NCBI GenBank assembly: GCA_030039135.1
Contig: JASHQN010000098.1
Location: 1 to 60,834, forward strand
Direction: 5' to 3'
DNA: 60,834 bases
Origin: Thermoplasmata archaeon
GTDB taxonomy: Archaea; Thermoplasmatota; Thermoplasmata; Lutacidiplasmatales; UBA184
Positions 17,358 to 25,720 of this stretch are shown here, piece after piece. Position numbers and translations under genes: made by a program. The notes beneath the pieces are model-generated. The model was not told the origin of the DNA. It did not search any database and was given only the letters and a program-made list of their open reading frames with translations. Numbering within the stretch: the stretch's first letter is position 1; every line of letters starts with the position of its first letter.

Positions 17358-18110
17358 CTAGCCGGCGGGCGCGGGGCGTACCGGGCCGGCCACATCGAGA
17401 TGCCGCGCGAGCTCGGCGAGGTCCTTCGCGACCGCGGAGGCTCCCGCCGCGAGGAACCGCTCTTCGGACACCGGCTCCGGGGCTTTCTCGGACGGGTCGG
17501 GCAGGATTCCGTAGAAGCGAATCCGAGCCCGGGTCGCGCATTCGGCGTCGATCAAGTGGTCGCCCACGAACAGTGCCCGCTCGTCGGGGATCCCCATCTC
17601 GCGCAGCAAGAGGTGAAGCGCCTCGGGAGACGGCTTCTGAGGGCCCGGGGAGCTGCGGCTCCGCAGGTAGGGGAAGTACCGGTCGAGCCCCGTGCGGGCG
17701 AGCGCGTTCCGAGCGAAGAACTCTGAGGCGCGGGTCAGCACGCCGAGGCGGAACCCTCGTTCGGTGAGCGCGCTCAACAGTGCGTCCGCCCCGGAGCGCG
17801 CGACGGTCCGGGGAAGCGCCTCGGCCTCGATCGCGTCGATCCGCTGCTGGTAGGTGGTCTCGAACCGGAAGATGTTGCCCTCGGGAGCGCCCGATCCCAC
17901 GAGCTCGGCCCGGGCGTTCTCCACGATCCGGTGGATGGGCTCATCGGGGGAGAGGTGACCGGGAGTCACCCCGTACTGCTCGGCGATCCGGATCACCTCG
18001 TGTCGCATCCTACCGAAGTCGTGGTGCGAGAGCACGAGCGTGCCGTCGAGGTCGAAGACGACCCCGAGCGGCGGCTCGAGGAAGTGCGGCGCGGAATCGC
18101 GGGGCGGCAT
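17358..18110 (-). CDS. HAD-superfamily hydrolase (phosphatase)
   Basis: Motif I VVFDLDGTLV, motif II LGVLTRAS, motif IV FVGDHLIDAECA. Confidence 0.85.
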   Translation of the reverse strand: MPPRDSAPHFLEPPLGVVFDLDGTLVLSHHDFGRMRHEVIRIAEQYGVTPGHLSPDEPIHRIVENARAELVGSGAPEGNIFRFETTYQQRIDAIEAEALPRTVARSGADALLSALTERGFRLGVLTRASEFFARNALARTGLDRYFPYLRSRSSPGPQKPSPEALHLLLREMGIPDERALFVGDHLIDAECATRARIRFYGILPDPSEKAPEPVSEERFLAAGASAVAKDLAELARHLDVAGPVRPAPAG

Positions 18111-18186
18111 GTCCCCTCCTGCCGAGATGGCACCGGAAGGGCAGGTAAGGATTTGCCTCCAGCGGAACGAGGGGTCCGGGGACGCG

Positions 18187-18474
18187 TCAGGGCACCTCGT
18201 GGAACGCGAGACCGTACCACGTGGACCGCTCTCGGTCGTAGGTCGTGCCGCACTGATAGCAGAAGAAGATCCGGGCGGGAGGCTCCTTCGGTTCGAACTC
18301 CATCGCGTTCCCGCAGATCGGGCAACAGAGTTTCGTCTGGATCTCGGGAAGTCCGTGCCAGACGTCGCGTCGTCGGTCGTAGACCACGCCGTGATGGGCG
18401 CAGACGAACATCGGATACGCCACGGGCGCGCCGGTCGGCCCGGCCATCGCGCGGCCGCACACTGGACAGTACAT
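18187..18474 (-). CDS. Twin zinc-ribbon protein (95 aa, internal duplication)
   Basis: Two repeats are present: CPVCGRAM...FVCAHHGVVYDRRRDVWHGL and CPICGNAM...FFCYQCGTTYDRERSTWYGL. The start is ATG 18474. The rest of track ORF 18187..19695 overlaps the methyltransferase out of frame. Confidence 0.65.
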   Translation of the reverse strand: MYCPVCGRAMAGPTGAPVAYPMFVCAHHGVVYDRRRDVWHGLPEIQTKLCCPICGNAMEFEPKEPPARIFFCYQCGTTYDRERSTWYGLAFHEVP

Positions 18475-18527
18475 CGCGGGTGACAGCGGCGTCCGGGCCG
18501 AAGAATCTGACGCTAGGCGACTTTGGT

Positions 18528-20033
18528 CTAAGCGCGGCTCCGTTCGAGCGTGACGACCGATTCTCGGAGGACGAACGAGCGCCGCTGTCCGCTGCGACGG
18601 GAGCGCGCGACGTCGACGGAAACGATCCGGTAGCCGGCCGACTCGGCGAGCCGGGCCGTGAGGAGGTCGCCCGGCACATAGGTCCCCGCGAGCAGCGAGT
18701 CCCCGACGACGAGGACGAACCGGCTTCCGGGCCTCAATGCGTCCCGGACCCGGCGGAGGACCTGGGCGAGATCCGAGAAGTACCGGTGCACGACGGCGTG
18801 CACGTCGTCCCGGCGGTAGGAGCCCTTCCGTTCGACGTTCGCGCGGATCCGGGGCAGGATCTCGTCGAGCCAAGGGTCGGGCGTGGCGACCACGTGACGG
18901 TAGCTGACGGTTTCCGCTCGCGGAAGGTTGTCGCAAGCGACCTGCGCGCTCCGTAGCGAGGCGAGGTCCCGGTACGAGCGCGCGTAGCCGAGCCAGGCGA
19001 GGTCGACCTTGTAGTTCATGACGTAGTCCATTCCGTTCACGTACGGCGGGCTCGTGATGGCGAGGTCGACCGAGCCGGCGGGCCAGACGGCCGTCCTCGC
19101 ATCCTCCTCCCGAACGTTCGCCGGAGGGCCCCACAAGGCCCGGTGCCGCTGAAGCTCGGCGAGGTCCGTGGCCATCTCCCGGACGGCCGCGAGGAACCGC
19201 TCGGCAACCGGGATCTCCTGCCCGGATCGAGAGCGACCGTAGCCGAGGCAGGGAGACCGGTGGAGCCGGCTCGACGGGATGAGGATCCGGCCGAAGGCGA
19301 GCCTTAGCGCGTCCGGAACCGGACGGCCGCCCGCGGGCAAGGCGTCCCTGAGACGCGTAAGGTCGTCGAGCACCGTGGACGAGAACTGACGTCGGGTTTC
19401 CCGCAGGAACGGTAACGCCCCGGGGGTCCGGCTCCGCGCCGAGTCGACCGCACGCGCCGCCGCTCGTTCGAGCCGGCCCACCGGCAGATCGAAGCGGGTC
19501 TTCACCCGGGCCGCGAGGACCGCAGGGGCGAGGAGCTCGGTGCCCAGCGCCTCCGCGCCGGCCCGCCGAGCCTCCACGAGGGTCGTGCCGCTCCCGGCGA
19601 ACGGATCGAGCACGCGCGCGCCGCGAGGGAGGTCCGCGGTCTCGACGATCCCGCGGACGAAGTCGGCGGAGTAACCCTGCACGTACGGCCACCACCGATG
19701 GACCGGCAGCGCTTCGTTGGACCGGAACGTGATCGGCCCCTGAATCCGCCCGAGGCGAACGCCGCTCTCCCGCTCGAAGCGCTCGACGTACGCGACGGGG
19801 TCGACGAAGTCGGGCCGCTCATCGAGCCGCTCGAAGTCCCGGAGGACGTAGAGGCCGCGGCCCATCCGCCGCACGGCCCCGGTTCGAGCGAGGCGCGAGA
19901 GCGCCGCCTCGATGTGATCCGGCGGGCGATCGAGACGGGTGGCCAGCTGGCGCACGGTCGCCCCGACGGGTCCGGACTCCCCGAGGGCCTCCTCTAGCTC
20001 CCCGGCGAACTCCACCATCGGGCCGCCCGGCAC
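18528..20033 (-). CDS. DNA methyltransferase (N4-C/N6-A type, SPPY) with N-terminal winged-helix domain
   Basis: The SAM motif I VLDPFAGSGTTLVEA precedes the catalytic motif IV AITSPPYVNGMDY by about 190 aa. The N-terminus (ATVRQLATRLDRPPDHIEAALSRLARTGAVRRMGRGLYVL) looks wHTH-like. HRWWPYVQGYS is also present. Confidence 0.85.
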   Translation of the reverse strand: MPGGPMVEFAGELEEALGESGPVGATVRQLATRLDRPPDHIEAALSRLARTGAVRRMGRGLYVLRDFERLDERPDFVDPVAYVERFERESGVRLGRIQGPITFRSNEALPVHRWWPYVQGYSADFVRGIVETADLPRGARVLDPFAGSGTTLVEARRAGAEALGTELLAPAVLAARVKTRFDLPVGRLERAAARAVDSARSRTPGALPFLRETRRQFSSTVLDDLTRLRDALPAGGRPVPDALRLAFGRILIPSSRLHRSPCLGYGRSRSGQEIPVAERFLAAVREMATDLAELQRHRALWGPPANVREEDARTAVWPAGSVDLAITSPPYVNGMDYVMNYKVDLAWLGYARSYRDLASLRSAQVACDNLPRAETVSYRHVVATPDPWLDEILPRIRANVERKGSYRRDDVHAVVHRYFSDLAQVLRRVRDALRPGSRFVLVVGDSLLAGTYVPGDLLTARLAESAGYRIVSVDVARSRRSGQRRSFVLRESVVTLERSRA

Positions 20034-20057
20034 GAACCCGGAACTCGCCCACCCCTA

Positions 20058-20975
20058 TTAGGACCGGTGCGGGGCTCTGGGGGCCGGGGCGCCGGCACCG
20101 GTTCCGCCCTTCCGTGACCAGCCTTTCCCCTGTAGCGACTCCTCGACCGTCGCGCGGAGCCGACGCCGACGCCGTCGAAGCTCGTCCCCCCACTCGGTCG
20201 AGACGGTGTCGGGGTCCAGTCCGTCGATGACGATGTCGAAGTCGTGCAGGCGGCCCAGCTCGCCCTGCAACCGCCGCACGACGGGAGGGAGCGGTACCGC
20301 GTGGACGGGGTCGACGCGGGTCTCCAGATCGTGGAGATGACGGAATCGGCGGATGCGGATCCGCAAGCGGTGCAATCGGTTGGCGCTCGGACGGCGCCGG
20401 GCCTTGCGCCGTGCGGTACGGATCCGATCCCATCCTCGCTGCTCCTCCTCGCCGAGCAGCGATCGGAGGACGGCGGGTCCGGTCGACCGCGGCGGGTGGC
20501 GGAGCACCCCGCGCAGTTCCTCGAACAGGTGAGCGTCCCGTTCGGAACGCAGGAACACTTTGAGCAGTTCGCGACCCGTACGGGCATCATCCCGGAGGCG
20601 AGCCCGCAGCCGCGCGACCCGGATCGCGTCCGCCGGCGGCGGCTTCGGCAGATGCGGGTCCTCGATCAAGGCGAGCATTACGTCCCGGTCCCGGACCTGG
20701 CCGACGAGGCGGGCGAGGCGTGCAAGCCGTCGGTCGAGCGGACGCAGGGTCGTGCGGTCGCGAGGGGACAGCAGTCGTTCCCACAAGGACAGCGCGTGCC
20801 GGAGCCGGCGCATGGCGCGATGGAGTGCGTGCAGGCTCTCGGGAGCGGGATGCGGCCGAAGGACGAGGTCGTCGATCGCACGCGTGACGTCCGTAAGAAG
20901 GCGCTCGATATGCCGCGCGAGGTTCGCAACGCCTACTGCCGGACGGGGGCGAGCTCGGGTTGCGGGGCGTGCCAC
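20058..20975 (-). CDS. CHAD domain protein
   Basis: Helical His/Arg-rich repeats (LHALHRAMRRLRHAL, LHRLRIRIRRFRHLHDL) are typical of CHAD. The start is uncertain (in-frame GTG 20975). The upstream part of the track ORF is antisense to ppx. Confidence 0.75.
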   Translation of the reverse strand: MARPATRARPRPAVGVANLARHIERLLTDVTRAIDDLVLRPHPAPESLHALHRAMRRLRHALSLWERLLSPRDRTTLRPLDRRLARLARLVGQVRDRDVMLALIEDPHLPKPPPADAIRVARLRARLRDDARTGRELLKVFLRSERDAHLFEELRGVLRHPPRSTGPAVLRSLLGEEEQRGWDRIRTARRKARRRPSANRLHRLRIRIRRFRHLHDLETRVDPVHAVPLPPVVRRLQGELGRLHDFDIVIDGLDPDTVSTEWGDELRRRRRRLRATVEESLQGKGWSRKGGTGAGAPAPRAPHRS

Positions 20976-21039
20976 GGACGGTGGGAGTGCCGGCGGACTT
21001 AGGGTTGGTGGGGGTGGGACCGCGCGCTTCGACCGCGGA

Positions 21040-21048
21040 TTTCTATAG
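21040..21048 (+). promoter_or_regulatory. TATA-like box TTTCTATAG upstream of ppx
   Basis: Centred about 25 nt upstream of ATG 21069 and flanked by G-runs. Confidence 0.4.
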
Positions 21049-21068
21049 GGAGGGGGGCTGGGGGAGGC

Positions 21069-22631
21069 ATGCAACGCCCTCGGGTCGCGACGCTCGCGCG
21101 CCCGAGCGATACGGTGCGGGTCCAACCGGACCGCACGATCGGGGTCATCGACCTCGGGTCGAACACGGCCCGCTTCGTCGCGTTTGAAGCATCCGCGTCC
21201 GGCTGTGTGCGGGCGATCTACGAGGCGAAGTCCGCGCCCCGGCTCGGCCTGAACCCGAGGCCCGACGGCCGTCTCTCGACGGAAGCGATCGAGCGAGGGG
21301 TGGCCGCGGTGGCGCGGTTCGCGCGGACGATCCGCGCCTTGGGGATCTCGCGAACCCTCGCCGTCGCGACCAGCGCGGTGCGCGACGCGCCTAACGGCGC
21401 GGAGTTCGTCCGCCAGGTCGAGCGGGCGACCGGGGTGCTCCTGAGGATCATCTCGGGCGCCGAGGAGGCGCGGTACGCCTATCTCGGCATCGCGGGCGCC
21501 TGGGAGCTCGACCACGATCTCATCTGTGACCTCGGCGGCGGCTCCCTGCAGCTCGCCGAGACCCGGGGCCAGCGGCTCCGGAATTCCGTGAGCGTTCCCC
21601 TCGGCGCTCTCCGGCTCTCGCAGCGATTCCTCGACCACGATCCCCCGAAGCGGAGGGAGATGGACGAACTGCGGCGGCACGTCCGCGAAACCCTCGTCTC
21701 GGTGCTCGACGCGTTCGGCGGGAAACGCTACCGGCTCTTCGGGATCGGCGGCACGGTCCGGTCCCTCGCTCGCGCGGCGATCGAGCTGCGCGAGTACCCG
21801 ATCGAGCGCGTCCACGGCTACTCGCTCTGGGATCACGATCTCGAGGCGCTCGCGGAACTCCTGGGCGAGATGTCCGCGGCGAAGCGACGGTCGGTACCGG
21901 GGATCGGTTCGGATCGCGCGGACGTCGTGGTCGCTGGGCTCGTCGTCCTACGGGAGCTCATCCGCGCGACCGGAGCGGAGCGGATCCTCGTTTCCGGCAC
22001 CGGCATCCGCGATGGGATCGCGCTCGAGGCGATCGGAGCCCCGCTGCCGGCGTCGGCCGAGGTCCTCGCCGAGCGGTCGGTCGAGGCGGCCGCCGAGTCG
22101 CTCGCCTTCGAGATCGATCACGGACGGGAGGTCGCCGACACCGCGCTCGCGCTCTTCGGCGTGCTGCGGTCGCGTTTCGATTGGGGCCGGAGCGACGCGC
22201 TGGCGCTACGCGTCGCCGGTTGGATGCACGATGCGGGCACGGCGATCGACTTCTGGCGACACGCCCACCACTCCGCCTACCTCATCCAGAACTACCCGAT
22301 CCGGGGCCTCGACCAGCGCGAGGTGCTCCTCGCCTCGATCACCGCCTACCTGCACGATGGGGGCGACATCCCGTCCGAATGGAAGCGAGGGTTCCTGCCG
22401 ATCCTTCAGAGCGAGGATCTCGATACCGCGCGTCGTCTGGGGGCGGTGCTCGGGGTGGCGACGCTGACCGTGGCGGGGCGGCCCCGATTCGCCTCGAGCG
22501 GCGGAGGGCGCTCCGTCACGGTGACGTTTTCTGCGGCCGATCGTACGATGCTCGAGGATCAGTGGGAAGACAAGGTCCGGAAAGGGATGGAGCGGGTCCT
22601 GGAGACGGAGGTGCGCTTCCGTGATAGCTGA
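21069..22631 (+). CDS. ppx: Exopolyphosphatase / guanosine pentaphosphate phosphohydrolase (Ppx/GppA) with HD domain
   Basis: IGVIDLGSNTARFVAFE, AVATSAVRDAPNG and DLGGGSLQL (ASKHA fold), plus the C-terminal HD region WMHDAGTAIDFWRHAHHSAYLI. Confidence 0.9.
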   Translation: MQRPRVATLARPSDTVRVQPDRTIGVIDLGSNTARFVAFEASASGCVRAIYEAKSAPRLGLNPRPDGRLSTEAIERGVAAVARFARTIRALGISRTLAVATSAVRDAPNGAEFVRQVERATGVLLRIISGAEEARYAYLGIAGAWELDHDLICDLGGGSLQLAETRGQRLRNSVSVPLGALRLSQRFLDHDPPKRREMDELRRHVRETLVSVLDAFGGKRYRLFGIGGTVRSLARAAIELREYPIERVHGYSLWDHDLEALAELLGEMSAAKRRSVPGIGSDRADVVVAGLVVLRELIRATGAERILVSGTGIRDGIALEAIGAPLPASAEVLAERSVEAAAESLAFEIDHGREVADTALALFGVLRSRFDWGRSDALALRVAGWMHDAGTAIDFWRHAHHSAYLIQNYPIRGLDQREVLLASITAYLHDGGDIPSEWKRGFLPILQSEDLDTARRLGAVLGVATLTVAGRPRFASSGGGRSVTVTFSAADRTMLEDQWEDKVRKGMERVLETEVRFRDS

Positions 22632-23322
22632 CCGCCCGAGCCCGACCCACGGCTTCCCGGGCCGGCTCTTCGTCTTCGAGGGGCTCGACGGCAGCGGCAA
22701 ATCGACCCAGGCCGCGCTCCTCGGCAAGTGGCTCCAGGCGCGCGGCTACCGGGTGTTCTTCACCGAGTGGAACTCCTCGGAGCTCATCGCCGAGACGATC
22801 CGCCGGGGCAAGAAGAAGAACCTGCTGACTCCCACGACGTTCAGCCTCCTCCACGCGACGGACTTTGCCGATCGGTTCGAGCGCAAGATCCTTCCTCCCC
22901 TGCGGGCGGGGTATGTGGTCGTTTGCGACCGGTACGCCTACACCGCCTTCGTGCGGGACGCGGCCCGGGGCTGCGACCCGAACTGGGTCCGGAACATCTA
23001 CTCGTTCGCCCCCCGGGCCGATTGCATCTTCTACTTCCGTGTCCCCGTTTCCGTGACCCTGAAACGCAAGATCGCCTCGCGGCTCAAGATCAACTACTAC
23101 GAGGCCGGTATGGACCTCGGGCTTTCGGACGACCTCCACGAGAGCTACGAGAGGTTCCAGGGCCGCCTGAAGCGCGAGTACGACCGCATCTCCCGGCAGG
23201 ACGACTTCGTCGTGATCGACTCCACCCGGCCGGTCGAGGCGATCCAGGCCGACCTGCGCAGTTACGTGGAGCCGATCCTCAAGGACTTCCCGACCGGAGA
23301 GAGGCTGCTGCACGATGAATAG
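22621..23322 (+). CDS. tmk: Thymidylate kinase-like protein 1
   Basis: P-loop FVFEGLDGSGKSTQ and DRY motif VCDRYAYTAF. The GTG start overlaps the ppx stop by 11 nt. Confidence 0.85.
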   Translation: MIADRPSPTHGFPGRLFVFEGLDGSGKSTQAALLGKWLQARGYRVFFTEWNSSELIAETIRRGKKKNLLTPTTFSLLHATDFADRFERKILPPLRAGYVVVCDRYAYTAFVRDAARGCDPNWVRNIYSFAPRADCIFYFRVPVSVTLKRKIASRLKINYYEAGMDLGLSDDLHESYERFQGRLKREYDRISRQDDFVVIDSTRPVEAIQADLRSYVEPILKDFPTGERLLHDE

Positions 23323-24067
23323 AACGTACGGTACCCGCCTTCCCGGCCTCCCCGAGGGACCGCTCTCCGGGAAGCTCATCGTCATCGAAGGGGCCGACGG
23401 CTCCGGCCGATCGACCGAGGTGGAGATGCTGAAGGCCGCGCTCGAGGTCGACGGCCACGCGGTCATCGACACGGGCCTGCGGCGCTCGACGCTGGTCGCC
23501 GACGAGATCGACCGGGCGAAGCAGGGCCACACCCTCGGTGCGACGACCATGGCGCTCCTGTATGCCGCCGACTTCGCCGATCAGCTCGAGAACAAGATGG
23601 TGCCCGCCCTCTCCGCGGGCAGCACCGTCCTCGCGGATCGGTACGTCTACACGCTCATGGCCCGGGCGGTCGTCCGCGGCGCCTCCCGCGGCTGGGCCCG
23701 CGAGCTCTACGGCTTCGCGCTGCGGCCCGACCTCGTCATCTTCCTCGAGGCCCGACCTGAAATCCTCCTCCACCGCGCGATCTCGAAGTACGGCTCGCTC
23801 GACTACTGGGAATCCGGTATGGACCTTTCGCTCTCGCGCGACCTCTTCGAGAGCTTCTTCCTCTACCAGGCCCGCCTCTCGAACGAGTTCGCCTGGATCG
23901 CCGAGGAGTTCGGGTTCCATCGGGTCGATGCGAACCGCGCGCCCGAGATGGTGCACACCGACGTGCTCGCCCTCGTCGCGCCGCTCTACGCTCCGCGAGC
24001 GGTGAGGGCGCCGGGCGGTCCGAAGGTCAAGACCGCGCGGCCCGCGCCGCGAGCTGCTTCCGCGTGA
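23315..24067 (+). CDS. Thymidylate kinase-like protein 2 (divergent paralog)
   Basis: P-loop IVIEGADGSGRSTE and LADRYVYTLM. It shares the LDYWESGMDLSLSRDL-type insert with protein 1 (INYYEAGMDLGLSDDL). The ATG overlaps the preceding stop by 8 nt. Confidence 0.8.
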   Translation: MNRTYGTRLPGLPEGPLSGKLIVIEGADGSGRSTEVEMLKAALEVDGHAVIDTGLRRSTLVADEIDRAKQGHTLGATTMALLYAADFADQLENKMVPALSAGSTVLADRYVYTLMARAVVRGASRGWARELYGFALRPDLVIFLEARPEILLHRAISKYGSLDYWESGMDLSLSRDLFESFFLYQARLSNEFAWIAEEFGFHRVDANRAPEMVHTDVLALVAPLYAPRAVRAPGGPKVKTARPAPRAASA

Positions 24068-24560
24068 GGAGCCAGAGGAGCCTCCCCGAGCCCGGACGGA
24101 TCGCCGCCGGGAACTCGACACACGCGGCGCCACCCTTCGTCAACCTCGCGAGGGCGACCCCGTCCCCGGTGAGAGCGAGCCCGATGAGCTCGGCGAGCAC
24201 CGGGTCGTGGCCCACCACGACGCCCTGCGCGCTCCCGTGAAGGCTGCGGGCGAGCCGGCCGAGGATCGCGTCGGCCGGGCCGCCGAGGTCGAGCTCCGGC
24301 CAGAGGGCGACGCGCCGGGGAGGGTCGAGTGCTCGCCCGATGAGCTCCGCGGTGCGTCGGGTCCGCAGGGCCGGGCCGGACGCGACGAACGAGGCTTTCC
24401 CGAGGAGCTCTCCGAGGGCGGCTGCGACCCGCCGTGTCTGGCGCGCCCCGTCTTCGCTCAGCGGGCGGAGCCGATCGTCCGGCCAGCGGGCGGGGTCGCG
24501 GACCTCGGCCGGTCCGTGGCGGACGACCACGACCCGCGCCTGATGCACCCGCTCCGGCAT
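24027..24560 (-). CDS. Histidine phosphatase family protein (SixA-like)
   Basis: RHG motif VVVVRHGPAE and second catalytic region VVVGHDPVL, with a size of about 177 aa. It converges on and overlaps tmk-like 2 by 41 nt. Confidence 0.8.
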   Translation of the reverse strand: MPERVHQARVVVVRHGPAEVRDPARWPDDRLRPLSEDGARQTRRVAAALGELLGKASFVASGPALRTRRTAELIGRALDPPRRVALWPELDLGGPADAILGRLARSLHGSAQGVVVGHDPVLAELIGLALTGDGVALARLTKGGAACVEFPAAIRPGSGRLLWLLTRKQLAARAARS

Positions 24561-24623
24561 CGATGTCCCCCTGCCCGCCCGGCCCTCCCAAAACTCGTGC
24601 GGAGGGCAAAACGGGTTCGGCCG

Positions 24624-25685
24624 TCAGCGGGCGCGCGCCGGTAGCGTGTCGCCGGCCGCGGCGTCCGGGAACGTGACGGGGATCGCGCGGTCGAGCGCGA
24701 CCTGCGCGATGTCCTGCGCGTAGGCGATCGTCCGTCCGATCGACTCGAGGATCCGGGCGACCGCGGCCGCGGTCGCCGGCGGCATCGTTCCGCCGCCGAC
24801 GGCGGGCAGCAGCCGATCGGAGAGGGCTCGCCCCGACGCGAGGAGCGCCTCTCCGAGGTCGAGGAGGTCGTTCGCGGTCGCGTCGTCCGGAGTTCGCAGC
24901 ACCCCTTCGAGGTGCGCCATCGCCTGACCGTGGAACTGGCGCAGGGACGTCACCGGTCCGTTTCCGTTCGGGAGCTCGCAGAGTCGGCGGCCCGCCTCGC
25001 CGATCACGGTCGCGTGGTCCGCGATCCGTTCGAGGCTGCGCGCTACGGTCCAGGGACCCAAGAGCGAGATCCCGAACCCATCGAGCCCGAGCCGGAGCGC
25101 GGCGAGGCGCTGGACGTACCACGCCTCCCGATCGATCTCGTCATCGCGCTGTTCCCAGTAACGGTCGTCGCCGAGCGGTAGGTGCGCCCAGCTCTCGACC
25201 GCCTCGCGGTGGAACTCGATGACGATCCGCCCCATCCGGCTCAGCCGTTGGGCGAGCGGTACGGGGCTATCGTAGGCGAGGTCTTTCAGCCGGAGCACTC
25301 CGAACTCGTCCCACACGATCTCGGGTTGGCGGGTCCGACGGCAGAACGTCCGGACGACCTCCCGGGTCCCGGGGGTGATCCGGGGCTGCTCCCGCACGAC
25401 GAACTCACGCGCACCGCCGAGGTACGCACCGAGCAGTCGGCGGAAGAGATGCTCGGGAAGTTCGCCGCGGTGGACCGCGAGCCGGGCGACCGAAGGTTGC
25501 CCGAGGACGATCGCGCCAAACGGCGGCGCGACCCGGACGATTGGTCGCTCCGCCACCACGCTACGGGTTCTCGATCGAAACGGGTCGCGGGAATCTCCCG
25601 CACGGGCTTGTGGGCGCGGACCCTGCGTAGGTCCGTCCTCGCGGATGGGACGCGTCGCAGCGCGTCCGTCGGGTTTCCTCTTCAT
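24624..25685 (-). CDS. phoU: PhoU-domain phosphate regulatory protein
   Basis: Two PhoU-type helices with LERIADHATVIGE and LESIGRTIAYAQDIAQ. The N-terminal region is of the archaeal PhoU-like type. A TATA-like box lies 30 nt upstream. Confidence 0.8.
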   Translation of the reverse strand: MKRKPDGRAATRPIREDGPTQGPRPQARAGDSRDPFRSRTRSVVAERPIVRVAPPFGAIVLGQPSVARLAVHRGELPEHLFRRLLGAYLGGAREFVVREQPRITPGTREVVRTFCRRTRQPEIVWDEFGVLRLKDLAYDSPVPLAQRLSRMGRIVIEFHREAVESWAHLPLGDDRYWEQRDDEIDREAWYVQRLAALRLGLDGFGISLLGPWTVARSLERIADHATVIGEAGRRLCELPNGNGPVTSLRQFHGQAMAHLEGVLRTPDDATANDLLDLGEALLASGRALSDRLLPAVGGGTMPPATAAAVARILESIGRTIAYAQDIAQVALDRAIPVTFPDAAAGDTLPARAR

Positions 25686-25708
25686 CGAGACGGACTAGGG
25701 CCATCTCA

Positions 25709-25720
25709 GAATATATAGAA
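25709..25720 (-). promoter_or_regulatory. TATA-like box upstream of phoU (plus-strand GAATATATAGAA)
   Basis: Centred 30 nt upstream of ATG 25685. It is part of a roughly 55-nt AT-rich island. Confidence 0.45.

Noticed and set aside
18475-19695. Upstream 400 aa of the 502-aa ORF ending in the twin zinc-ribbon protein
   Set aside because: It overlaps the methyltransferase gene in another frame. Only the last 95 aa (from ATG 18474) look like a real protein.
18187-20033. Possibility of a complete restriction-modification or other defence system around the methyltransferase
   Set aside because: I inspected both flanks (HAD hydrolase, twin zinc ribbon, CHAD). There is no nuclease, helicase, specificity-subunit or ATPase signature, so only an orphan MTase plus a small partner can be supported.
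20976-21836. Upstream part of the 592-aa ORF containing the CHAD domain
   Set aside because: It is antisense to the well-supported ppx gene and crosses the divergent promoter region. CHAD-like sequence starts only near 20975.
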